A DNA stretch of 54,125 nucleotides from Verrucomicrobiales bacterium (lineage in GTDB: Bacteria; Verrucomicrobiota; Verrucomicrobiia; Limisphaerales; JAQGOV01): the NCBI GenBank assembly GCA_028293425.1, contig JAQGOV010000389.1:1-54125 (forward strand), written 5' to 3'. Numbering within the stretch: the first letter of the stretch is position 1; the number at the start of each line of letters is the position of its first letter. Under the pieces are notes generated by a model that had not been told where the DNA came from, made no database searches, and was given only the letters and a program-made list of their open reading frames with translations. Both the position numbers and the translations under genes were made by a program. Of this stretch, positions 17,873 to 26,601 are shown in pieces.

Positions 17873-18882
17873 ATTCGGAACGGTTTGAAGCGATTACTGC
17901 TCGGTATCCGTTGCTTCGGGTGGCGGTGGTCGGGGACGTTTGCCTGGATCGTTACTTGGAGATTGATCCCGTGCGGCAGGAGACTTCCATAGAGACAGGG
18001 TTGCCGGTGCATAATGTTGTGCGGGTGCGTTCGCAACCGGGAGCGGCGGGGACGATCCTGAATAACCTGGCTGCGTTGGGGGTTGGAGAAATTTATCCCG
18101 TTGGTTTTTGCGGCGAGGATGGCGAAGGTTTTGAATTGCGGCGTGCGCTGCTGGAACGAAGGGGCGTCAAACTGGATTTCTTTTTGTCGACGTCGGAACG
18201 AAGGACGTTCACCTATTGCAAGCCGCTGCTGATGCATCCTGGAAAAGCACCTGAGGAATTGTCGCGCCTTGATAGCAAAAACTGGTCTAAGACTCCCATG
18301 ACTGTGCAGGAAGAAATCGTGCGTGGGGTGCAGGAGCTGGCACAGAGGGTGGACGCAATCATTTTAATGGATCAAGTGGATGTTGCGGAGACCGGGGTGG
18401 TGACGCACATGGTTCTAGAGGCCATCGGCCATATCGCAAAGGCGCAGCCTGAGCTTTTGATCTTGGCGGATAGCCGCCGCGGGCTGAAGGGCTATCCGCG
18501 CGTGTGTTTCAAGATGAACCAGGCTGAATTGTCCGCTTTGACCGGGTCAGGCATAAAGGCGGATATTGGCAGCGTCCGTGAAGTCAGCGGAAAACTAGCC
18601 AAAGAGCTGGGGCATATGGTTTTTGTGACGTTGGCCGAGAAAGGAATTTGTGGGGCGAGACCTGATGGAAAGGCCGAGCACGTCTTTGCTCTGCCAGTGC
18701 GAGGGGAAATCGATATTGTTGGGGCTGGCGATTCGGTAACAGCAAATTTAACAGCGTCCCTGGCAGCAGGCGCGGAGCTCAGGGAGGCACTGGAATTGGC
18801 CAATCAGGCAGCGTCGATCGTGATCCATCAGCTTGGGACAACGGGAACAGCAAGCGTGGCCCAGTTGAGGGCCAGCTTTTGA
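17869..18882 (+). CDS. PfkB-family carbohydrate kinase (RfaE/HldE domain-I-like)
   Basis: N-terminal RVAVVGDVCLDRYLEIDP and C-terminal DIVGAGDSVTA (the PfkB GAGD motif). The start overlaps the upstream stop as ATGA (17869-17872). Confidence 0.8.
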   Translation: MNSERFEAITARYPLLRVAVVGDVCLDRYLEIDPVRQETSIETGLPVHNVVRVRSQPGAAGTILNNLAALGVGEIYPVGFCGEDGEGFELRRALLERRGVKLDFFLSTSERRTFTYCKPLLMHPGKAPEELSRLDSKNWSKTPMTVQEEIVRGVQELAQRVDAIILMDQVDVAETGVVTHMVLEAIGHIAKAQPELLILADSRRGLKGYPRVCFKMNQAELSALTGSGIKADIGSVREVSGKLAKELGHMVFVTLAEKGICGARPDGKAEHVFALPVRGEIDIVGAGDSVTANLTASLAAGAELREALELANQAASIVIHQLGTTGTASVAQLRASF

Positions 18883-19007
18883 ATTAACAGGACTCAGGCG
18901 GTCGGTGCATTCCGCGGGCGATGCATTGGCCGGGTGGGGAGCAGTATTCTTCTGAAACCTTCACGATTATTTTCCAGAGCTCCAGCTTCAGTCATGCTTG
19001 AGGTTCA

Positions 19008-21080
19008 TTGAGGAATGCGCTCTATTACGCGCCTGTGAATCGATTACAAATATTAATGATTGCGGCAGCGGCGACTGGAGGAGCTTTGGCCTCGGCTTGG
19101 AATACCTCGGCGGAGGAACCCAAGATTCCTCGGTTTTCAGCGGAAAATATGGACAAGTCCATAGATCCGAAACAGGACTTTTATCATTTCGCGGCTGGAA
19201 CCTGGTTGAAGAATAACCCGGTCCCTTCCGATAAATCACGCTGGAGCGGATTTGAGGAATTGCAGGAGCGGAACTGGATGCTGATTCGAAACATTCTCGA
19301 ATCGAGCGCGGCGGATACCTCAGGCCCGGCAAAGTCACCGAAACGCGAGGTAGGCGACTTTTTTGTTTCAGCAATGGACACGAACCGGCTGGAAAAGCTG
19401 AAATTCAAGCCGATCCTAATGGACCTAAAACGGATTAGCCGAGTGAATTCCGCCCAAGCTCTTTTCGAACTGCTGGCGAGTTTCCACCAGCGCGGGATCA
19501 GCGGGTTGTTTGGCGCCGGGGTGTCCCCAGATGCAAAAAACAGCGGGATCTATGCTTTTCATCTGAGCCAGGGCGGTCTGGGCCTGCCGGACCGGGATTA
19601 TTACTTAAAGGATGAATTCACGAAGCAGCGGGAAGACTACCGCGAGCATGTCACGAAAATGTTCCGCCTGATTGGCAAGTCCCCGACCGAGGCCGCAGCC
19701 CATGCGGGCATTGTGTTGGAGATTGAAACGGCGCTGGCCCAGGCGAGCCGGACGCGGGTTGAGATGCGTGATCCGACCTTAAACTACAATAAATTTAAAG
19801 TAGCCCAATTTGCATCGACGAACAGCGCTTCCTCGTGGAATGCCTACTTAGAGGAGACCGGCGCGCCCGAGATGGAGACGTTGATCGTGGGCCAGCCTGA
19901 TTTTTTCAAGACGGTGGACAAGATGCTGAAGGAGCGCCCGATTTCAGATTGGAAAGTATACCTGCGCTGGCACCTGCTGCGGAGCACCGCGCCTTATCTC
20001 CACGAGGAAGTCGAGCAGGAGAGCTTCGCATTTTATGGGACAAAGTTGCGTGGCCAGATCGAACAGGAGCCTCGCTGGCAGCGAGCGGCGCACACCATTG
20101 ACGGGACCATCGGGGAAGCGCTTGGACAGCTTTTCGTGGAGAAACATTTCCCGCCCGAGGCGAAGACCCGGATGAACGAGCTGATCGGGAACTTGCGGGA
20201 AGTATTTCAGGACCGGCTGGCCAAGCTGGATTGGATGTCCGAGGAAACGCGACAGAAAGCGTTGGCGAAGTTTAACCGATTTACGCAGAAGGTCGGATAC
20301 CCGGACGTTTTCAGGGACTATTCCAAGGTCAAATTGCGCCGGAATGATTACCTGGGCAACGTGCAGCGAGCGGCGATCTTCGAAAGCCATCGTGAAATAG
20401 TGCGTGTCGGCAAGCCAGTGGACAAAACTGAATGGCACATGACGCCGCAAACCGTGAACGCCTATTTTAACGGTTCTCAAAATGAAATTGTCTTCCCGGC
20501 TGGCATCCTTCAGCCGCCCTTCTTTGACGTAAAGGCGGATGACGCGGTCAACTACGGAGCCATTGGGATGGTGATCGGACATGAGATTACGCACGGTTAC
20601 GATGACAAGGGCCGACAATTTGACGCAGATGGCAACTTAAACGAATGGTGGTCCGAGAAGGACGCGAAGGAATTTGATGCCCGCGCCCAAAAGGTAGTGG
20701 ATCAATACAGCAGCTACGAAGCTTTGCCCGGCCTGAAGGTGAACGGCAAATTAACGCTCGGTGAAAATATTGCGGACCTGGGTGGAGCGAGTATCGCCTA
20801 TGAGGCGCTGCAAAGAGCCTTGGCCAAGGATCCTTCCAAGCGGAAAAACATCGACGGATTCACTCCGGAACAGCGGTTCTTTCTGTCGATCTCCCAACTT
20901 TGGCGAACGAATTGGCGTGAAGCTGAGCTTCGCCGGCGGATTACGGTTGATCCCCATTCACCAGGGCAATTCCGCGCGATTGGAGCCAATGTAAACCTGC
21001 AGGAGTTTTATGATGCCTTCGGCATCACCGCGGACGCGCCGATGTGGAGAGCGCCGGAATCCAGGGCGAAGATCTGGTAG
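19008..21080 (+). CDS. M13-family zinc metallopeptidase (neprilysin/PepO-like)
   Basis: HEITHGYDD (HExxH), GENIADLGG, and NAYF/NEIVFPAGILQPPFF blocks. The start is uncertain: TTG 19008, GTG 19035 or ATG 19056. Confidence 0.9.
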   Translation: MRNALYYAPVNRLQILMIAAAATGGALASAWNTSAEEPKIPRFSAENMDKSIDPKQDFYHFAAGTWLKNNPVPSDKSRWSGFEELQERNWMLIRNILESSAADTSGPAKSPKREVGDFFVSAMDTNRLEKLKFKPILMDLKRISRVNSAQALFELLASFHQRGISGLFGAGVSPDAKNSGIYAFHLSQGGLGLPDRDYYLKDEFTKQREDYREHVTKMFRLIGKSPTEAAAHAGIVLEIETALAQASRTRVEMRDPTLNYNKFKVAQFASTNSASSWNAYLEETGAPEMETLIVGQPDFFKTVDKMLKERPISDWKVYLRWHLLRSTAPYLHEEVEQESFAFYGTKLRGQIEQEPRWQRAAHTIDGTIGEALGQLFVEKHFPPEAKTRMNELIGNLREVFQDRLAKLDWMSEETRQKALAKFNRFTQKVGYPDVFRDYSKVKLRRNDYLGNVQRAAIFESHREIVRVGKPVDKTEWHMTPQTVNAYFNGSQNEIVFPAGILQPPFFDVKADDAVNYGAIGMVIGHEITHGYDDKGRQFDADGNLNEWWSEKDAKEFDARAQKVVDQYSSYEALPGLKVNGKLTLGENIADLGGASIAYEALQRALAKDPSKRKNIDGFTPEQRFFLSISQLWRTNWREAELRRRITVDPHSPGQFRAIGANVNLQEFYDAFGITADAPMWRAPESRAKIW

Positions 21081-21097
21081 GATTCTCAGGCTTCGAA

Positions 21098-21144
21098 AAT
21101 CAAAAGCCTGCGCGGGCTCGTCAGCTCGCACAGGCTTTTTGTTT
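21098..21144. terminator. Bidirectional rho-independent terminator between convergent genes
   Basis: AAAGCCTGCGCGGGCT - cgtc - AGCTCGCACAGGCTTT forms a 16-bp stem with 1 mismatch and 1 G-U pair. TTTTTGTTT follows on the plus strand and TTTTGATTTT on the minus strand. It lies between the M13 peptidase stop (21080) and the MscS stop (21156). Confidence 0.6.
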
Positions 21145-21155
21145 AAGACGGGGAC

Positions 21156-22097
21156 TTAGATACCGATCTTCGTGCCATTATGGCTGCCGTTGACGACACG
21201 GATCTCGCGCTGCGGGAAAGGAATTTCAATATTTTTGCCGCGGAAGCGCTCGATTAGGTCCTGGTAAATCTCTGGACCAGCTGCGCCGTAGTCCTGAATG
21301 GTAACCCATGGTTTGATGGCGATGCAGATGGAGGAGTCCGCGAGCATGCTCACGCCCACGCCCGGAGTGAATTCCTTGAGCACGCGTTTGTTTTCGCGGA
21401 GGATATCGCGAACCACAGCCAGAGTCTCAGGAATATTGGCCCCGTAGGAGACACTCACTGAAAGATCCAATTGGCGGATGGTGCCGTAATTGTGCAGAAT
21501 TTCGCCAATGATCTTCCGATTGGGGATGATGACCTTGGAGCGATCCGAATGCGTCAGGAGGGTGGAGAATAGCTCAATATTCTGAACCTGGCCGTGCACG
21601 CCGGCGATTTCGATATATTCGCCAACCCGAAAAGGCTTGGTAAAAATAATGAGGAGTCCGGCAAAGAAATTCCCAAGCATTCCTTGCATGGCCAAGCCGA
21701 CACCGACACCGGCGACGGAAATTCCCGCAATCAAGCTGGTCATCTTGAAGCCGAGCGTGTCGAGGGCAATCACGGTGGTAAACCCGAGAATGCACACCTG
21801 TACAACCCTGCCAATCAGGGTGCGCACAGGAGGCTCGAGATTCTTTTTCTCCAGCTTTCCATCCACCAGTTTTCGGACCCAGCCTCCTGCCATCCAGCCA
21901 ACCACCATCACGACCACTGCCCCGAACAAGGCTGGGCCGTGCTCGATGAGATAATCAATCGCCTTGTTTTTCCAGAGGCTGGCGGTTTTGTTGGCGGATG
22001 CTGTCATGTCGACCATCTGCTGCAGGGGAGCATCAGCGGCAACGCCGGTGAAAACCGAAACAATAAGCCCGAATAAAATTCCAATCGTTCGTTTCAT
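21156..22097 (-). CDS. Small-conductance mechanosensitive channel (MscS family)
   Basis: N-terminal TM helices, then the conserved pore/beta-domain block FTKPFRVGEYIEIAGVHGQVQNIELFSTLL..DRSKVIIPN. Confidence 0.85.
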   Translation of the reverse strand: MKRTIGILFGLIVSVFTGVAADAPLQQMVDMTASANKTASLWKNKAIDYLIEHGPALFGAVVVMVVGWMAGGWVRKLVDGKLEKKNLEPPVRTLIGRVVQVCILGFTTVIALDTLGFKMTSLIAGISVAGVGVGLAMQGMLGNFFAGLLIIFTKPFRVGEYIEIAGVHGQVQNIELFSTLLTHSDRSKVIIPNRKIIGEILHNYGTIRQLDLSVSVSYGANIPETLAVVRDILRENKRVLKEFTPGVGVSMLADSSICIAIKPWVTIQDYGAAGPEIYQDLIERFRGKNIEIPFPQREIRVVNGSHNGTKIGI

Positions 22098-22255
22098 AAC
22101 CGCACCAGAATATGGAGCATGCTGCGGAGGGCAATCTGAAAAGAAAAGACAGGAAGGAGCCAGAAATTAACAATACCAGGTGAATCCCGGTCCCGATCTG
22201 GCAGTTCCCATAAAGTGCTTGGGACATTCGATTGTTTCCCCTACCGTTTTGAAGA

Positions 22256-22930
22256 ATGGAATGGTCTTCCCGATGCGCCGTCGTGATTCCCTGCCTGAAC
22301 GAGGCGGAAAGCGTTGGGCCTTTGGTTCAGGAGGTCAGGAAGGTGTTGCCGGCGGTTTGGGTCATCGATGATGGATCAATGGATAAATCATCTGAGTTGG
22401 CCCGGAAGGCGGGAGCAACAGTTTTACGTTTTGAGAGATCGCGTGGCAAGGGGGCCGCTCTCAAAGCAGGCTGGCGCGCGGCTTGGGAAGGGGGAATTCC
22501 ATGGGTTTTAAGCATGGATGGTGACGGCCAGCATGCGCCGGGAGACATTTCGCGCTTCCTTACCCGTGCCGCGCGAGGGGATGTGGATCTAATTGTCGGA
22601 AACCGCATGGCGCAGCCAACGGGCATGCCGTGGCTCCGCAGGAGCGTAAACCAATGGATGAGCCGGAAGCTTTCGCGGGCAGCAGGTTTTCCCATACCCG
22701 ATTCTCAATGCGGCTTCCGGATGATGCGCTTGGAAGCCTGGTCACGGCTGGAATTGCACACTGACCATTTTGAAATCGAATCAGAGGTAGTGCTTGCTTT
22801 TCTAAAGGCGGGGTTAAATGTCGATTTTGTGCCGATCGAGGTAATTTACCGTGAGGAGGAAAGCAAAATCCATCCGATAAGGGACACATGGCGCTGGTTT
22901 TGTTGGTTTTGGTCCGGCAGGCGAACGTGA
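22256..22930 (+). CDS. Family-2 glycosyltransferase
   Basis: VVIPCLNEAESV, VIDDGSMDKS, MDGDGQH (DxD region) and SQCGFRM. Confidence 0.8.
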   Translation: MEWSSRCAVVIPCLNEAESVGPLVQEVRKVLPAVWVIDDGSMDKSSELARKAGATVLRFERSRGKGAALKAGWRAAWEGGIPWVLSMDGDGQHAPGDISRFLTRAARGDVDLIVGNRMAQPTGMPWLRRSVNQWMSRKLSRAAGFPIPDSQCGFRMMRLEAWSRLELHTDHFEIESEVVLAFLKAGLNVDFVPIEVIYREEESKIHPIRDTWRWFCWFWSGRRT

Positions 22931-23130
22931 CGCAGTTTGAGAGCCACGACAATTTACGTTTAGGTCTTTCAATTAAGAGATGAGGAGGCCCCCTCAAAGC
23001 AACCTAAAGTGCGTGCCTTTTGTGGAACGTTGGCCTCGCCTGTTGGTTCCTCTCAGCCAAGAGGGGGGGGGCTTTCCCCCAAAGAAAATGGTTTGATTAG
23101 AATCCATGAAAACCCTTTACTAGGAATGAA

Positions 23131-24174
23131 ATGCAGGAACCAGTTCGATTGAGCGCCGAGTTGTTTCAGGTGCGGGGCCGTGCGCAGGAGCTTTTGCACC
23201 AGAAAGCGAGCGCAGCAACCCAAGCTAGCTTCGGCCGAAAGGTGTTTCTCCGGGGAGTCGTGGAAGTATCCAATTATTGCCGCGAAAATTGCGCGTATTG
23301 CGGCATGCGCCGGGCGAACGAAGGATTGCATCGCTTTCGGGCCAAGGTAGATCAAATTGCGGATTTAATCCTGCATCACCGGCCTAACAGTATTACGGAT
23401 ATCAATATTCAGACCGGCGAAGACCCAGTGGCAGTAAGAGAAGTGGTGCTCCCTCTTATTAAAATTTTGCGGCGGGAAACCAACCTTGGCGTGAGCGTTT
23501 GCCTGGGTTCTCTGAACCCGAAGCTTTATCAGGAGTTGCAGGAGGCCGGTGCCACGACGTATATCATTAAATTCGAACTGGCAGACGCGCCCATGTATGA
23601 ACGCATGGAATCGCCAGGCACGCTCAAGGAACGCATCGAGCATATTCGCCTGCTGGCTCAAACCGGGTGGAACGTCAGTTCAGGTTTTATCGCTGGGTTG
23701 CCAGGTCAAACGATTCCGATGCTGGCCGCCAATCTCGAGTTAGCACGCCAGCTTCCGCTCGCGGGGTGCAGCGTGAGTCCTTTCATCCCCGGTGAAGCTA
23801 CTCCGCTGTCCGCTGAAAAGACAGGGGACATTGACCTGACACTTAATTGCATGGCTCTCCTGCGGCTGATGCGGCCGGACTGGGTAATCCCCGCGGTAAG
23901 TGCTTTGAACCTCGCGGAACCGGCAAAAGGCTATCGTCGCGGTTTGCGGACCGGGGCGAATCTGGTGACCATTAATATGACGCCCTCCGAGATCCGGCAG
24001 GACTACGTGCTCTACAAACGGGAGCGGTTCATCATGACGGAGGAGAGGATTCTTTCTGCGATTGCCGCTGAAGGATTGAGTCCTGCCAATCAGAGTCTGG
24101 CAGCCTTTTATGCCGAGAGAGAAACCCGTTCTAATCTCGGCCATGCGCAACCAGCGGAAGTAACGGCGGTCTAG
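23131..24174 (+). CDS. Radical SAM enzyme, HydE/PylB/BioB-like
   Basis: VEVSNYCRENCAYCGMRRAN (a CxxxCxxC cluster in the HydE-like context), a GEDP block, and a TIM-barrel-length body. Confidence 0.8.
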   Translation: MQEPVRLSAELFQVRGRAQELLHQKASAATQASFGRKVFLRGVVEVSNYCRENCAYCGMRRANEGLHRFRAKVDQIADLILHHRPNSITDINIQTGEDPVAVREVVLPLIKILRRETNLGVSVCLGSLNPKLYQELQEAGATTYIIKFELADAPMYERMESPGTLKERIEHIRLLAQTGWNVSSGFIAGLPGQTIPMLAANLELARQLPLAGCSVSPFIPGEATPLSAEKTGDIDLTLNCMALLRLMRPDWVIPAVSALNLAEPAKGYRRGLRTGANLVTINMTPSEIRQDYVLYKRERFIMTEERILSAIAAEGLSPANQSLAAFYAERETRSNLGHAQPAEVTAV

Positions 24175-24219
24175 GCGAGTCCGGGAAGCACGTTTTAGTG
24201 GCTCAAGAGAGTTGAGGGA

Positions 24220-25809
24220 TCAATGGGCAGCCGCTGGATGCTCGGCCGTTTTGGAAATCGTTTTCTTCTCTTTAAACTCGGCTAATGATGGTTCCACCTT
24301 TTGGCCAAACCAGGTCCGCCAGCCTTCTGAGAGTTCGAGTATTCCCCACCCCACAAGCGCCTGCAGAATGGGCAACGAACTTTTACCCGCGAAGGTGTAG
24401 CCACCAAAAAGAAAACGGCGGCCATGATTATGGCGGCCCCAGACTCCACGTTGACGCCGTGATTGCCCCATGGCCGCAAGCCTCCGAGCGTAAGTACGCA
24501 TCAAGTGATAAAAAGGAACAGATGGTGGGGTTGAAAAAACCGGCTCCTTGAGAGCCAGCCGGCCGCGCTTAAACGGTTGGGAAGCAACCCCGATGTAGTA
24601 AAGGCCAAGGTCTAAAAGGAAAGCGAGACGCATGAGGTCGTAGTCGCCCATGAAAAAGTATTTGTCCTTGTAAACAGCTTCAAACCAACGCTCATGGGCG
24701 CGAACAAAGTCGCGGTTATGCTTGTCCACCAGGTTTGTAATGGGCTCACCGCGAAGCTGCGCCAAAATCAGTTCCGCGGAGGCAACACTGGTAAACGAGA
24801 CCCAATCCATGCCGGGACTGTAGAACGGGTCAATGAAGGCGCCGGCATCTCCAACAATGGCGTAACCGTCGCCCGCGTAACGACTGCTGTAATAGGGAAG
24901 GTTTTTGCGCCAATGAACGTCGCCTTCGACCCATTCTGCATCGCTCATAATTTCCCGGCCAACGGCATGCTGGCAAAGAAAGGTTTTCAGGCGATCGCCC
25001 ACTGAGCCTTCCTCTGGGAACTCAACCATGCGCTGGTCAAAAACAATGCCCACGCTGACGTCGCCACCCTTTAACGGAATGCACCAGGCCCACCACCCGT
25101 TCCCAACAAAATGATTGGTAGCAGTGTTGCGCACACCATGACAGTCCATGGACCACTTGGGAAATTTCTGAGCGAGTTCAAGGCTGTCCCAGTCTTTCAC
25201 ATTCCTCCACCGCGCCCAAACAGCCGTGGTGGGATGCTCGGTATTGGCATGCCACCACCCGTTTTGACGGGAGAGCAGCGCAGCCAGACCGGAAGCGTCG
25301 ATCACCCACCGTGTGGAAATGGACAGGGAGTTTTCCCCGCGGCGCACGGCAACGACTTGTGAACCGCCGGAGTTCAACTCCACCTTGCCCACGGACGCGG
25401 GACGCCAGAGTTCCGCACCCAAAGCCACCGCACGGCGGAGCACCTCTTCGTCCAGGAGAGCGCGGTCGACCTGGTAGGCAGGCACGCGGGCCATGTAGCG
25501 CCCGCCAATTTCGCTGGAATCCTCCAACGAATGAGTTTGATTGTTGGCGAACCAAAAACGCATCCCCTGTTTTACGAGATGCGCATCATTGAGGTATTGA
25601 GTGAGGCCGATGACCCGGCTGAGGAAGTAGGCGCTGATTTCGACAGTCGCCTCCCCTACCCTGCGCGTAAAGACACCGGATTTCTCAATGATCAACAACC
25701 GAAGATCCGGCTGGCTGTGCAGGATTTGGATGGCTGTAGCCGCGCCAGACAACGCCCCGCCTATGACAACTACATCGTAGTCGTATTTGGCTGTCGGCGG
25801 GGCATTCAC
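24220..25809 (-). CDS. FAD-dependent oxidoreductase with flavin-dependent-halogenase signature motifs
   Basis: DVVVIGGALSGAATA (GxGxxG), VGEATVE (GEAT block), NGWWAWCIPL (WxWxIP) and GAFIDPFYSPG (FxDPxxSxG). Confidence 0.7.
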   Translation of the reverse strand: MNAPPTAKYDYDVVVIGGALSGAATAIQILHSQPDLRLLIIEKSGVFTRRVGEATVEISAYFLSRVIGLTQYLNDAHLVKQGMRFWFANNQTHSLEDSSEIGGRYMARVPAYQVDRALLDEEVLRRAVALGAELWRPASVGKVELNSGGSQVVAVRRGENSLSISTRWVIDASGLAALLSRQNGWWHANTEHPTTAVWARWRNVKDWDSLELAQKFPKWSMDCHGVRNTATNHFVGNGWWAWCIPLKGGDVSVGIVFDQRMVEFPEEGSVGDRLKTFLCQHAVGREIMSDAEWVEGDVHWRKNLPYYSSRYAGDGYAIVGDAGAFIDPFYSPGMDWVSFTSVASAELILAQLRGEPITNLVDKHNRDFVRAHERWFEAVYKDKYFFMGDYDLMRLAFLLDLGLYYIGVASQPFKRGRLALKEPVFSTPPSVPFYHLMRTYARRLAAMGQSRRQRGVWGRHNHGRRFLFGGYTFAGKSSLPILQALVGWGILELSEGWRTWFGQKVEPSLAEFKEKKTISKTAEHPAAAH

Positions 25810-25824
25810 AAAAGGCGCAGAGGC

Positions 25825-26403
25825 TTAGTCTACGCGGTTAATCTTCAAATCATTTTTTACAATGTTGCCGTCTTCAGTGGAGATGTAAAGGTCGCCGATG
25901 TCCACCGTGTCGCTGGGTTTGCGGAGCTTGGCAGCCCAAAGGCGAATTTTCCAAACCGGCTGGCGAACATCACCAAAACCTTCCAGCGTGAGCTGAGAGG
26001 CCGTGAGTGTAAGATTCTTCAGAAGTGGCTCGTTTTTAGCAATTTCTATTACTTTATCAGAATCCACCTTGAATTTGGTGGCATCGAGTTGTTTGTGAGC
26101 GCCGGAAATAGGCTCCAGAAGCCGAGTTGGGCGCTTTACAGCCACTTTTTTACCGGCAGCGAACTTAACTTCGCTAGCCATGGCCGTAGCATCCGGGTCA
26201 TAATAAACCACGTACCAGATGTTCGGGACGAGGGTGCCAACAGACTTTTCGGAGCGAATTTGCACAACACGCCCGCGAGCGTCGCGGCCGACATGGTCAT
26301 TGCCTTCTTTGACCAGTTCAAATGCGGTAGGTTCGCCGGCCAAGGCTGCACGGCTGAGGGCAAGAGCGCCCAAAGCAAGGAGGATCAAGCTGCGTTTCAT
26401 CAT
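25825..26403 (-). CDS. Secreted hypothetical protein (possibly PepSY-like repeats)
   Basis: The start at 26403/26400 (MMKRSLILLALGALALSRAALA) gives a clean signal peptide. The gene lies 15 nt upstream of the halogenase-like gene on the same strand. The track ORF start at 26538 is unlikely. Confidence 0.5.
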   Translation of the reverse strand: MMKRSLILLALGALALSRAALAGEPTAFELVKEGNDHVGRDARGRVVQIRSEKSVGTLVPNIWYVVYYDPDATAMASEVKFAAGKKVAVKRPTRLLEPISGAHKQLDATKFKVDSDKVIEIAKNEPLLKNLTLTASQLTLEGFGDVRQPVWKIRLWAAKLRKPSDTVDIGDLYISTEDGNIVKNDLKINRVD

Positions 26404-26601
26404 CGCTAAATTTATCGTCATTTCACGCATCATACGTAAGCAAGTCATTTGGGACAACTTGGAAAAATTGGACCGGCTGCGGTCCCCAGGAAAACCCTGA
26501 GATCGAAACCGGGCCATGAAAGCGCTTTTGCGGGCCAAGGAACCATTTGACGGAGAGGAGGATCGTTTTTAATCTGAAGGGATTATTGTTTGAATTGAGC
26601 T

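Noticed and set aside
23063-23080. G9 homopolymer followed by CTTTCCCCC (a GGGGG/CCCCC mini-hairpin) in the GT2 to radical SAM intergenic region.
   Set aside because: It is a candidate slipped-strand or phase-variable tract. It is intergenic, about 50-70 nt upstream of the radical SAM start, and no promoter spacing can be inferred. Evidence is insufficient for a regulatory claim, and it may also be prone to sequencing error.
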